Assembly (NCBI GenBank): GCA_020860545.1
Contig: JAJBUC010000094.1
Location: 1 to 52,461, forward strand
Length of the DNA stretch: 52,461 bases
Origin: Oscillospiraceae bacterium
GTDB lineage: Bacteria > Bacillota > Clostridia > Oscillospirales > Oscillospiraceae
Reading direction: 5' to 3'
Part shown: one piece after another, positions 1 through 8,184 of the stretch
How positions within the stretch are numbered: position 1 is the first letter of the stretch
Layout of the letters: the number at the start of each line of letters is the position of its first letter
Notes under the pieces: model-generated
Seen by the model: only the letters and a program-made list of their open reading frames with translations
Told to the model about the DNA's origin: nothing
Database searches by the model: none
Program-made: the position numbers and the translations under genes

Positions 1-102
1 TTGTAATTTTAGACACAAGAATAGAGCTGCAATTAGACGGGAAAGAGAACGAAAGGCGAAAGCATAAGCTGCCTTATAATCCCTTAACGGCCCCAGAATA
101 CG

Positions 103-171
103 AAAAGAAATCCCCATCAAGAGCTTGCCACGAAAGTGGTGCGAAGTACTCTTTGGCGGGGATTTCTTTTT
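103..171. terminator. Bidirectional-looking stem-loop between a truncated upstream ORF (+) and the XRE gene (-)
   Basis: Perfect 13-bp pairing of aaaagaaatcccc (103-115) with ggggatttctttt (158-170). It encloses a CCAC-GAAA-GTGG tetraloop hairpin (128-139). A U-rich 3' arm results on either strand. Confidence 0.45.
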
Positions 172-194
172 GTGTACACGCTGGTAGAGCGGAT

Positions 195-719
195 TTAAGG
201 CGTTTGTTTTGGGGCGTTCTCCGCAAGTTTTTTCATCGTCCGATCAGACGCTTCTTTCAGGAGCTTATTCAGGCGTTGGAAATAGAGATAGTCAGCAATT
301 TCCCAATAGTGTTCATTGCGCCAAGCGAAAATTTGAATGATTTGATCGAGTTCCATTCGTTCGGCGCGTTCATCGCCCTTTTCTTTGGCAATGAGGGCTT
401 TGGCTCGGATTTCCTCGACAATACGCATTGTGTTGGTAAGGTCAATCACAGAAGCGTCAAGGCGTTCCAGCGTCTCTTTTTTATAATCATCAAATTCCCG
501 GCCCTCCTGTAATAAGTCGTTGGGGGTAATTTGCAAAATGGAACAAATATCCAAAAGCTTGTCCAGAGAAGGGGTGTATACGCCACGCTCCATTTTGGAA
601 TAGTTTTGATAATTCATGTCTAACATTTGGGCAAATGCAGTTTGATTCTTTTTTTCTTTTAGCCGAAAGTCTTTGATATTTTTTGCAATGTTGGAGACTT
701 GATGCCTACGGATAAACAT
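195..719 (-). CDS. XRE-family helix-turn-helix transcriptional regulator (element repressor-like), 174 aa
   Basis: The N-terminal motif KNQTAFAQMLDMNYQNYSKMERGVYTPSLDKLLDICSILQITPNDLL is a typical HTH_3/XRE domain. I chose the ATG at 719 (MFIRRHQ...) because AAGGAG lies 7 nt upstream. The track start at 737 is a TTG inside a promoter -35 box. Confidence 0.85.
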   Translation of the reverse strand: MFIRRHQVSNIAKNIKDFRLKEKKNQTAFAQMLDMNYQNYSKMERGVYTPSLDKLLDICSILQITPNDLLQEGREFDDYKKETLERLDASVIDLTNTMRIVEEIRAKALIAKEKGDERAERMELDQIIQIFAWRNEHYWEIADYLYFQRLNKLLKEASDRTMKKLAENAPKQTP

Positions 720-730
720 AGAAACACTCC

Positions 731-796
731 TTGACAAAAATTAGGCCAAATTATTCTAAAAACATATTGACAAATTAGGCGCACAAGAGCTATAAT
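731..796 (+). promoter_or_regulatory. Divergent control region with two direct operator-like repeats and a near-consensus sigma-A promoter facing rep
   Basis: The repeat TTGACAAA(A)ATTAGGC occurs at 731-747 and 767-781. The second copy supplies -35 TTGACA (767-772). After an 18-nt spacer comes -10 TATAAT (791-796). Confidence 0.55.
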
Positions 797-880
797 AAAT
801 TAAGTTCATTTGTTCCAACTGGACAACCAGATTATAACCCAAACGAACCTCTTTTGCAAGATGTTTTAGGTTAATAGGCC

Positions 881-1000
881 AAAAAAGCCCCGGCACCGCC
901 GGGCGCGTACAGCGTGAAAGCGCCAGCGGCGGGGGCCGGGGGGATTTGCGCTCCGCGCAAATCCTGTGTAGGGCGTTAAGTAACACCGCCCTACATATAC
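881..1000. other. GC-rich multi-hairpin module in the rep leader (candidate countertranscript, attenuator, oriT or dso)
   Basis: Three hairpins are present: cccggc/gccggg (889-903) preceded by A6 (881-886), which reads as a hairpin plus U6 on the minus strand; ggatttgcgc/gcgcaaatcc (942-964); and tgtagggcg/cgccctaca (967-995). The island is GC-rich inside an AT-rich element. Confidence 0.4.
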
Positions 1001-1059
1001 ATAACAATTGATAACAAATGCAAGGAATAGCAAGGCTTACAGCACAATTTATTTGTGCC

Positions 1060-1077
1060 GAAAATTCAAAGAAAGGA
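1060..1077 (+). repeat. 18-nt motif GAAAATTCAAAGAAAGGA preceding the rep start; second copy at 2327-2344 before xis
   Basis: GAAAATTCAAAGAAAGGA (1060-1077) and GGAAATTCAAGGAAAGGA (2327-2344) share 16 of 18 positions. Each ends 10-15 nt before an ATG, and each is preceded by a similar t(t)g(t)gcc(c)g. Confidence 0.6.
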
Positions 1078-1087
1078 TGTGCCATAA

Positions 1088-2185
1088 ATGGCAAAACGAT
1101 ATGAACTGGAAATCAAAATTGACTATCTGAGCATGGTCTTTGAGTCGATTTGTGCCGAAGAACTGATTTTACGAGTCATGAATATGCCTCTGGATTTATT
1201 TCTGGTGCAGGACAAAAGAGTAAAGTATAAGGAATACACAAAAATCTATCAGTTGGGTAGTGTTAAAGTGTTTGGCGGAGTACCGGAAAGCGAGGGAAAT
1301 CCCGGCGGCTTGGGTTGCTACCTTGTTCTGAGTGGCAAGGGGTGCGATGAATTTATCAATTGTTTTACACACCACGAAGGATACTTTGGAGATTTTTTCA
1401 GCACGTGCAATATTTATCGCTTTCGCAGTCAACAGGCGTTACGGTTCCATCTGACAAGGCTGGATATTGCCATAGACGACAGGAACCCGGTACCCTATTT
1501 CACAATTGATCAGATTCAAAAGAAATGTCTGAAAGAAGAATTCATCTCCCAAAGCCGAAGCTTCCGTTTTGCGGAAAGCAGCTTTGGAGAAGGGGAAACA
1601 GCAAAGACGGTATATATCGGGGATGGCAAGTCCGATATTTCTTACCGCTTCTATGAAAAGGACAAGGAAATGAGCAGCAAATATAACCTTTCCTATGAGG
1701 AAATGGGTAGCTGGAAACGTACAGAGATACAGCTACGGGATGAAGTTGCGCACAACTTTGCCATGCTGATGGCGGAGGAACCGGATAGATTGGGGATGCT
1801 GACCTTCAATTTCCTTGGTGCGTCCCTGCGCTTTGTGACAAGAGATGCAAGCCAGTCCAATAAAAGCAGATGGAAAACAAGCCGTTTCTGGGCGCGGTTT
1901 CTCGGCGCAATTGAACCGTTAAAAATACGAAAAGATACATCGCCGAATAGTCTGTACGAAACGCAGGATTGGTTGCGGGATGGGGGAGCTATGTCCGCAG
2001 TAAAGGCGTTTCAGTTCTTAGAGGAGAATCATGCGCTGGGTGACTTAATGGATATGAATGTGCTGATGTACAACATACGGTATAGCTCTTCTTTGGCCTG
2101 CAAAATGGTTTCCCATCTGCGTGAGATTGGCAGGGATGATTTAGTCCCCATGATCTATCAGAACACAAAAACATCTTATTTATAA
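1088..2185 (+). CDS. Rep_trans-family replication initiation factor / MobT-type relaxase-like protein, 365 aa
   Basis: The size, the N-terminal IDYLSMVFE-type motif and the overall pattern resemble 'replication initiation factor' (Rep_trans, PF02486) proteins of Firmicute ICEs, IMEs and rolling-circle plasmids. This is recognised from memory, not from a search. Confidence 0.7.
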   Translation: MAKRYELEIKIDYLSMVFESICAEELILRVMNMPLDLFLVQDKRVKYKEYTKIYQLGSVKVFGGVPESEGNPGGLGCYLVLSGKGCDEFINCFTHHEGYFGDFFSTCNIYRFRSQQALRFHLTRLDIAIDDRNPVPYFTIDQIQKKCLKEEFISQSRSFRFAESSFGEGETAKTVYIGDGKSDISYRFYEKDKEMSSKYNLSYEEMGSWKRTEIQLRDEVAHNFAMLMAEEPDRLGMLTFNFLGASLRFVTRDASQSNKSRWKTSRFWARFLGAIEPLKIRKDTSPNSLYETQDWLRDGGAMSAVKAFQFLEENHALGDLMDMNVLMYNIRYSSSLACKMVSHLREIGRDDLVPMIYQNTKTSYL

Positions 2186-2359
2186 CAGGAGCGGAGCGCA
2201 GCCGCCCCCGGCGCAGGCCAACGGCTACTACAGGCGGCAGGCATGGAGGTTCCTGTGGGAAACCCTGTTTTCCATAGGGGGAGCTGTGCCGGTCATAATA
2301 AGGCAACAGACCTCGCCCCATTGCCCGGAAATTCAAGGAAAGGAATTGTATAAACAAGT

Positions 2360-2620
2360 ATGGCAGCTACTGATAACAATATGTTTACTGACTATCCCGA
2401 CATTTTAACAACCGAGCAATTAGCGGAAATGCTTCATATTGGGAAATCCTCCGCTTATGCATTGCTAAAACACAATCAAATCCTGCATGTGCGGGTTGGA
2501 CGGAAGTACATTATTCCGAAACAAGCCGTCATTGGCTTTGTTCAGTCCATGTGCTATAATCATACGCAGATAATTAACGATGGGCTTCAATCAGTCACGA
2601 AGGGAGTAATTGACCAATGA
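2360..2620 (+). CDS. xis: Excisionase / MerR-like helix-turn-helix DNA-binding protein, 86 aa
   Basis: The motif LTTEQLAEMLHIGKSSAYALLKHNQILHVRVGRKYIIPKQAV is the HTH_17 excisionase signature. The stop overlaps the integrase start (ATGA at 2617-2620). Confidence 0.8.
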   Translation: MAATDNNMFTDYPDILTTEQLAEMLHIGKSSAYALLKHNQILHVRVGRKYIIPKQAVIGFVQSMCYNHTQIINDGLQSVTKGVIDQ

Positions 2621-3753
2621 CAGGAAGTCTACGAAGCAATCGGGACAATTTCTATGCCATACTCAATTTAAAGGATGAGTTTGGCAACCGCAAGCAAAAA
2701 TCAATTAATCTACATATTAAGGATGTACCCGGCAACAAACGCAAAGCCGAAAAAGCCTTGCGCGACATCCTGACGGAATACGAGAAGAAGCATATCACTG
2801 TTTACCATAAGGATGTGCTGTTTCACGAATACCTGAACGTATGGTTGGATGACGCAAAAGATAACCTTGCATTTAATACCGTGGAGATGTATTCCTGTAC
2901 GATAGATGTGCATATCGCTCCGTATTTTAAGCAACTGAACCTCACACTTATGGAGGTGGAATATTGCCACATCAAAGGATACTATGCGGCAAAAAGCAAG
3001 ACGTTATCGGTTAGTACGCTGAAAAAGCATCATGCAATCATCAAACAGGTTTTGCGTAAAGCGGTTCAGGATGGAATTATCGAAACCAATCCGGCAAATG
3101 AAATCCGATTTCCAAAGATCGAACGGTTTAGGGGTAGTTTCCTGACTGTGGAGGAGGGCAACCACTTATTGGAGGCTGCCAAAGGAACGCCGCTGGAGAC
3201 TGCTATCATATTTGCCATGATGTATGGATTGCGCCGGTCAGAGATTGCAGGCTTAAAATGGAGTGCAATTGATTTAGCAAATGATCTATTCACTGTTCAG
3301 CATACTGTGACGAAATTCAAAACGGAAATTGCGAAGGATAGCACGAAGAACAAGTCAAGCCATCGCGTGTTGCCGCTGAACAGAGATGTAAAGGCGTATT
3401 TGCTCAAATTGCGCGCTAGGCAAGCGCAGGACAAGCTCATATTGGGGCCGGGATATCAGGATACGGATTATATCTGTCGTTGGCCTGACGGACGGGCAAT
3501 GAAGTGTGATTACGTATCCAGAACATTTAAAAGGTTTCTGATCAAGAATGATCTGCCGCTGATTCGTTTTCATGATCTGCGCCACTCCTGCGCAAGTTAT
3601 ATGATCAAGATGGGGCGCTCCATGAAAGAGGTAGCGGACTGGCTGGGGCATAGCGATATTTCAACCTCAATGAACATATATGCCCATATTGATCTGGACT
3701 CAAAAAAGGATGTGGCAGAATGCTTCAACTCTTTGCTCAATGTAGAAGTGTAA
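2617..3753 (+). CDS. int: Tyrosine-type site-specific integrase, 378 aa
   Basis: It has an N-terminal SAM-like/arm-binding region and the catalytic pattern ...GLRRSEIAGLKWSAID...FHDLRHSCASYM...LGHSDISTSMNIYAH (R...HxxR...H...Y). Confidence 0.92.
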   Translation: MTGSLRSNRDNFYAILNLKDEFGNRKQKSINLHIKDVPGNKRKAEKALRDILTEYEKKHITVYHKDVLFHEYLNVWLDDAKDNLAFNTVEMYSCTIDVHIAPYFKQLNLTLMEVEYCHIKGYYAAKSKTLSVSTLKKHHAIIKQVLRKAVQDGIIETNPANEIRFPKIERFRGSFLTVEEGNHLLEAAKGTPLETAIIFAMMYGLRRSEIAGLKWSAIDLANDLFTVQHTVTKFKTEIAKDSTKNKSSHRVLPLNRDVKAYLLKLRARQAQDKLILGPGYQDTDYICRWPDGRAMKCDYVSRTFKRFLIKNDLPLIRFHDLRHSCASYMIKMGRSMKEVADWLGHSDISTSMNIYAHIDLDSKKDVAECFNSLLNVEV

Positions 3754-3754
3754 T

Positions 3755-3778
3755 GTGTGATGCAAAGTGTGATGCAAA
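3755..3778 (+). repeat. Perfect tandem 12-mer (GTGTGATGCAAA x2) immediately after the integrase stop
   Basis: Read directly at 3755-3766 and 3767-3778. Possible arm-type integrase or Xis binding sites near the element end. Confidence 0.6.
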
Positions 3779-3814
3779 TGGGAATCCTGAAAATCTAACT
3801 TGCCAAAAAGTTAT

Positions 3815-3842
3815 AAAAAAGACCGTTTTCCGAAGAAAACAG
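3815..3842 (-). terminator. Rho-independent terminator of tRNA-Leu
   Basis: On the minus strand, CUGUUUUC-UUCG-GAAAACGG is followed by UCUUUUUU. One pair is G.U on the minus strand but C.A on the plus strand, so the structure is specific to the minus-strand RNA. Confidence 0.65.
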
Positions 3843-3852
3843 CCGTTTTTGA

Positions 3853-3940
3853 TGGTGCGCGAGGCGGGACTTGAACCCGCACGTGCGTAATGCACACTAG
3901 AACCTGAATCTAGCGAGTCTGCCAATTCCACCACTCGCGC
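3853..3940 (-). tRNA. tRNA-Leu (anticodon CAG), class II with a long variable arm and encoded CCA
   Basis: The reverse complement reads GCGCGAG...CTAGA-TTCAGGT-TCTAG...GCGGGTTCAAGTCCCGC-CTCGCGC-A-CCA. This gives a 7-bp acceptor stem, the T-loop GTTCAAGTC, and an anticodon loop TTCAGGT (CAG). Confidence 0.93.
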
Positions 3941-4134
3941 GCATAAGTCAAATTGGACGAAAAAAATAGAGCCAGTAGAGCCAGTACCGTTTTGACCTTA
4001 GTTATTGTAGCGTATCTTTCTAAGAATGTCAATCCTAAATTATTATCGCGCAACGCGCGAAAATGCATAAACAGGCCCGCTGCTGGAAAAACTACCAACA
4101 ATATTGGGGGAATCAGGCAGGAGGCGGCGTGATC

Positions 4135-5670
4135 ATGTCAAATAAGCGTGCAAGGCAGGAGAGCAGTGAAAAGCAAGCGAGAAATGCATATAGGGAAAAG
4201 CTGGGGAAATTGCACTTTTCTCACTCGCTGGAGAAAAATATTGCACTGATAAAAGAGCTGTTTTGCGATGTGGATATTATGAAATATCGCACAATAGAGG
4301 GGCAGCGGAGCTATTGCTTGATTTGGTCGGAAGGCATGGTGTCGTCGGAGCAGATTAACGATTTTATTATTAAGCCGCTGCTGCTTTTTACGCCCTCGGA
4401 GCAGGAGGAGCCGATTCTCGATATGCTGACACACCATGTGCTGCAAGTTAATGAGATCAAAAAGACAGGAGATTTATTTGAGCTTGTCAAGATGCTCTCT
4501 TACGGAGAGACGCTTTTGCTCACAGAAGGGGAAGAAGAGGGGCTGCTGCTTGACACAAAATCCTTTACGACGCGCAGCATCAACGAGCCGGACGCCGAGA
4601 AGATACTAAGCGGGCCACGGGAGGGGTTTTCGGAATCGCTCATGCAAAACCTGTCGCTGGTACGCCGCAAGCTGCGGACAAGTGAACTGAAGTTGAAAAT
4701 GCGGTCGATGGGGCAGCAGAGCAACACGCAGATTTGTGTTGCATATCTGGACGGGATTGTAAAGACGGAAGTACTTGACGAGCTCAACCGAAGGCTGGAT
4801 GCCATTGAAATTGACGCGGTGCTGGACGCAAACTATCTCAATGAGTTGATCAAAGACGACAAACACTCTCTCTTCCGGTCGACGGGATACACCGAACGGC
4901 CCGATGTTGTGGTGTCAAAGATTCTGGAAGGGCGGGTAGCCATTTTTGTCGATGGCTCACCGGTGACGCTCACGGTGCCGTATCTTTTCGTGGAGAACTT
5001 TCAGAGCAGTGAGGATTACTATGTCAATTATTATTATGCGTGCATCTCCCGGTTACTGCGGTTTATGAGTTTTTTTATTGCCATTACCGTTCCGGGACTT
5101 TTTGTTGCAATCCTATCCTATCATCAGGAGATGCTCCCCACGGTGCTGCTCATTCGCATTGCGGTGGATAGCCGCAATGTACCGTTTCCAACTATCATTG
5201 AAACATTTGCACTGCTGATTATGTTCGACATTCTGCGCGAGGCCGGCGCGCGTATGCCCACCGGGGTAGGCCAGGCACTGAGCATTGTCGGTGCGCTGGT
5301 TGTGGGCTCTGCAGCGGTGGATGCGGATCTGGTCTCCGCCAATGTCATCATTATTGCGGCGGCTTCCGGCATCACAAGTTTGCTTGTTACAAGGCTTAAC
5401 GCTGCAATTCCAATTGTTCGGAATCTCCTGATGGTGCTTGCCGCCGCTGCCGGGTTTTACGGTTTGGTACTTGGTATTTCCGTACTGTTCATCCAAATAC
5501 TCAGATTGGAGTCGTTTGGCGTTCCGCAGATAGGCTGGGATACCACCTTGCGCTACCAGAATATTAAGGATACCTTCATCCGCGGGCCGATGTGGCAGAT
5601 GTCCGAGCGGCCGAATGGATTGACGGAGAATAAAGTGCGCCTGCGCACGCGCAGGGGTGGAAAACAGTGA
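4135..5670 (+). CDS. Spore germinant receptor A subunit (GerA/GerKA family), 511 aa
   Basis: It has a GerA-family N-terminal soluble domain (LLLTEGEEEGLLLDTKSFTTRSINEPDAEKILSGPREGFSESLMQNLSLVRRKLR) and a C-terminal multi-TM region. The ATG at 4135 has GGAGG upstream. The track start at 4063 adds a non-homologous prefix. Confidence 0.9.
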   Translation: MSNKRARQESSEKQARNAYREKLGKLHFSHSLEKNIALIKELFCDVDIMKYRTIEGQRSYCLIWSEGMVSSEQINDFIIKPLLLFTPSEQEEPILDMLTHHVLQVNEIKKTGDLFELVKMLSYGETLLLTEGEEEGLLLDTKSFTTRSINEPDAEKILSGPREGFSESLMQNLSLVRRKLRTSELKLKMRSMGQQSNTQICVAYLDGIVKTEVLDELNRRLDAIEIDAVLDANYLNELIKDDKHSLFRSTGYTERPDVVVSKILEGRVAIFVDGSPVTLTVPYLFVENFQSSEDYYVNYYYACISRLLRFMSFFIAITVPGLFVAILSYHQEMLPTVLLIRIAVDSRNVPFPTIIETFALLIMFDILREAGARMPTGVGQALSIVGALVVGSAAVDADLVSANVIIIAAASGITSLLVTRLNAAIPIVRNLLMVLAAAAGFYGLVLGISVLFIQILRLESFGVPQIGWDTTLRYQNIKDTFIRGPMWQMSERPNGLTENKVRLRTRRGGKQ

Positions 5671-6809
5671 GACGATTGATTCAATTCCTGCTGCTTATCG
5701 CTCTGCTGGGCGGATTGCTAAGCGGATGCTGGGATTACCGGAGTATGAATGAGATAGATATTGTGGCGGGCATAGCGGTTGATCGAGATGAGGAAACAGG
5801 GGAATATCAGCTGCTGCTTGAGGTCATTGATCTCAATTCGCTCAAAGAGGGGACTGGAGGATCTAACAGCCTGTATATTGAAACAAGCGGGAAAGACATT
5901 CGAGAGGCCCTGCTTAACACCCAAAGGCGTCTTTACAGTACGCTGTTCTTTAGCAACATGGAGGTGCTGGTCATCAGCAAGGAAATCGCTGAGACGGAAG
6001 GCATTCACGATGTTTTGGAGTTTTTTCTGAGTGGAGCCGAGGTGCGCGAGGCGATGAGTATTGTAATTTCCGGGCAGGACAAGGCGGCGGATATCCTGCA
6101 AGTCAGCGGTTTGGATTCCAAAATCGCCTCTTTCGAAATTGAACAGATGGTGCGCAATTATCAGAAGAATCATATTGGTGCGTCATCGGTAGATATTTTT
6201 CAGGCATACGCGGCGCTGGAGGAGGAGGGCAGGTGTTTGCTTCTGCCTGTATTTAAAACAGAAAAGAACAACAACGATACGATTGTGGAAGCCTGTGCAA
6301 CCGCCTATTTTGAGGAGGATAAGCTGGTCGGTATGCTCAATGAAGAAGCGACGCGTTTTTACTCGCTTCTTGTCGGCGCGCCAACAGAGATTGTACTCTC
6401 CGTGCCGTCGCTTTCCGAACCGGGACAGGACGACTCCTATCTGGTTGATCACTGTATGGACAAGCAATCGGTACGGCTTGAGGAGGGAAAACTGGTGATC
6501 TCCCGTGAACTTGAGCTGGAAGTAACCCCGCAGGTGGTGCATTATTTTGGGATACAATCCAATCAGCAAGAGGTAGAGCTGGAACAATATCTTTCCAAGG
6601 TGCTGGAAGCACGGCTTGAGGGATTTTTCGGCAAGATACAGCGGGAGGTCGGCATAGATGTCTTTGATTACGCGGCGAAGGTATATCAGCAGGATCCGGA
6701 GGCTTATGAGGCGGTAAAAGACAGATGGGGAGAGATATTCCAGGATGCGGAACTTACTGTCAACGCCAATATCCAGATTCGGCCAAACGGAACAATATTG
6801 AGGAAATAG
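5667..6809 (+). CDS. Germinant receptor C subunit (Ger(x)C lipoprotein), 380 aa
   Basis: Signal peptide with lipobox LLSGC followed by WDYRSMNEIDIVAGIAVD, the canonical GerAC N-terminus. There is a 4-nt overlap with the A subunit. Confidence 0.9.
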   Translation: MRRLIQFLLLIALLGGLLSGCWDYRSMNEIDIVAGIAVDRDEETGEYQLLLEVIDLNSLKEGTGGSNSLYIETSGKDIREALLNTQRRLYSTLFFSNMEVLVISKEIAETEGIHDVLEFFLSGAEVREAMSIVISGQDKAADILQVSGLDSKIASFEIEQMVRNYQKNHIGASSVDIFQAYAALEEEGRCLLLPVFKTEKNNNDTIVEACATAYFEEDKLVGMLNEEATRFYSLLVGAPTEIVLSVPSLSEPGQDDSYLVDHCMDKQSVRLEEGKLVISRELELEVTPQVVHYFGIQSNQQEVELEQYLSKVLEARLEGFFGKIQREVGIDVFDYAAKVYQQDPEAYEAVKDRWGEIFQDAELTVNANIQIRPNGTILRK

Positions 6810-6816
6810 GGATTAT

Positions 6817-7041
6817 ATGGGGACGGCGTTTGTAATAATTTTTTATATCGTCTGCATTCCGCTTTATTTCATACCTGTTCAGCGGCATGGGAACCGGGCT
6901 ATTCTGTTGCTAGGTGTGGTTGGATTTGCTGTTAGTTTTGTGCTGCTGCTTATCGTCAGCTGCGATGTGCAGATGCCCAATTTGGTGGAAGAGCTTAATA
7001 GAATAGCGGAGAAATATCATTTGATAAGTGCAGGAGGGTAA
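6817..7041 (+). CDS. Small two-TM membrane protein inside the ger operon (possible germinant-receptor D-type subunit), 74 aa
   Basis: Two hydrophobic helices (AFVIIFYIVCIPLYFIPV and AILLLGVVGFAVSFVLLLIVS) are followed by a short soluble tail. It is tightly packed between the C and B genes, with gaps of 7 nt and 5 nt. Confidence 0.55.
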   Translation: MGTAFVIIFYIVCIPLYFIPVQRHGNRAILLLGVVGFAVSFVLLLIVSCDVQMPNLVEELNRIAEKYHLISAGG

Positions 7042-7046
7042 GCGCG

Positions 7047-8174
7047 ATGCCGAACAGACCGATATCAGCGAGAAATCTGGGATGTCTTATTTCGCTGTTG
7101 GCAATGAGTAGTCTGCTTATCAGCGGGTTTAACCGGTCGGAAAACGATATGTGGTTTACTATGATTGTAACCCTTGTCGGATTTTTTCCACTGATGCTGA
7201 TAACCTGCCGCACTGCAACACTACATCCCGGACGTGGATTATTTGATATTCTGGAGATTCTCTGCGGCAAATGGATTGGCAAGATCCTCACCGTGGCTTT
7301 GGTGATTTACGGGATTGGAATATGCAGTATAGTTTTATGTAATTTTGCGGAATTCCTCAAGGATATTGCATTTCCAGACACGCCATTTTATTTCATTGCT
7401 GTTTGCATGGCTTTGGTGGCTATTTATCTTGCCAACAGCGGGATAGAAAATATGGGGAAGTGGGCGTTGACGGTAACTATTGCCATTTGCACCGTGTTTG
7501 TCATCACCCTACTCCTATCCGTCAACTTAATGGATGTGCAGAATCTTTTCCCCATTCTGCAGGCGAAAAAAAGTACACTGCTGGCGGAAGGCCTTTATGG
7601 CGGAATGATCTGTTACGGAGAGAGTTTTTTGGTCTTGGCCTTTTGCGGAGATCTCAAGCGTGGGGACAGTCCGTATAAGGCATATGGCATTGGATATGCA
7701 ATTGGATTTGTCGTTATGATCGTAACATTTTTGCGCAACGTTTTAATCCTTGGGGGTGTTCTGCTGCAATCCACTGCGTACCCGCCGTACGTTATCGCTC
7801 GTATCATTAAGGTGGGAGAATTTTTAGAGCATGTGGAGAGCATCGTTTCTTTTGTCTATATATTTCTCGGTATTACCAAGGTGGCGGTCTGCTTGCGGGT
7901 TTCCGCGCTCGGGCTGGAAAAGGTAATGCATACAAAGGTAGAGGAGCGGAAGTACCTGAGCCTCCCCATTGTATTCTTTGTGCTGGCGCTTTGCGTCTTT
8001 GTCTCTACCAATGTTGCGCAGATTTTAAAATTTGTTACCGTCTATTTTTATCTGGCGATCCCGTTTTTAGTGGTGCTTCCGGTTGTACTCTGGATTCTAT
8101 CGGAGGTGCGCCATGCGAGGCAAAAAAAAGCGGCTGCACCGGAACGAACGGTGCAGCCACAGCATAGCAAATAG
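7047..8174 (+). CDS. Germinant receptor B subunit (GerAB/GerKB, APC-superfamily-like permease), 375 aa
   Basis: Polytopic membrane protein of typical GerAB size and hydrophobic pattern. AGGAGGG lies 8 nt before the ATG, and the operon context fits. Confidence 0.85.
   Translation: MPNRPISARNLGCLISLLAMSSLLISGFNRSENDMWFTMIVTLVGFFPLMLITCRTATLHPGRGLFDILEILCGKWIGKILTVALVIYGIGICSIVLCNFAEFLKDIAFPDTPFYFIAVCMALVAIYLANSGIENMGKWALTVTIAICTVFVITLLLSVNLMDVQNLFPILQAKKSTLLAEGLYGGMICYGESFLVLAFCGDLKRGDSPYKAYGIGYAIGFVVMIVTFLRNVLILGGVLLQSTAYPPYVIARIIKVGEFLEHVESIVSFVYIFLGITKVAVCLRVSALGLEKVMHTKVEERKYLSLPIVFFVLALCVFVSTNVAQILKFVTVYFYLAIPFLVVLPVVLWILSEVRHARQKKAAAPERTVQPQHSK
8122..8158 (-). terminator. Rho-independent terminator of alaS, embedded in the 3' coding end of the convergent gerAB gene
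   Basis: On the minus strand, GGCTGCACC-GTTCGTTCC-GGTGCAGCC forms a 9-bp stem and is followed, after GC, by an 8-nt U tract (A8 at 8122-8129 on the plus strand). It lies 27 nt downstream of the alaS stop. Confidence 0.75.
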
Positions 8175-8184
8175 TTGCGCTTGG

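Larger units (their letters stand above)
1..3852. mobile_element. Integrase-proximal end of an integrated mobile element (IME/ICE- or island-like). The left boundary lies outside the window. The element abuts the 3' end of tRNA-Leu.
   Basis: Contiguous module of XRE repressor, Rep_trans-type initiator/relaxase, excisionase and tyrosine integrase. By eye it is clearly more AT-rich than the chromosome right of the tRNA. The integrase stop lies about 100 nt from the tRNA 3' end, the classical tRNA-targeting layout. The exact junction (somewhere in 3754-3870) cannot be fixed without the second att copy. Confidence 0.7.

Noticed and set aside
2-67. Possible 3' end (21 codons, ...AAIRRERERKAKA*) of a plus-strand gene truncated by the window edge
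   Set aside because: It is too short to assess. It is noted only because the bidirectional hairpin at 103-171 would fit as its terminator.
756-1094. 112-aa minus-strand ORF covering the XRE/rep intergenic region
   Set aside because: It lies over promoters and the hairpin-rich leader. It has no SD, and its sequence is driven by the GC-rich hairpins. A regulatory-RNA or DNA-site interpretation is preferred.
3737-4101. 65-aa and 63-aa minus-strand ORFs at 3737-3934 and 3910-4101
   Set aside because: They overlap the tRNA-Leu gene, its terminator and its upstream flank. The tRNA call explains this sequence.
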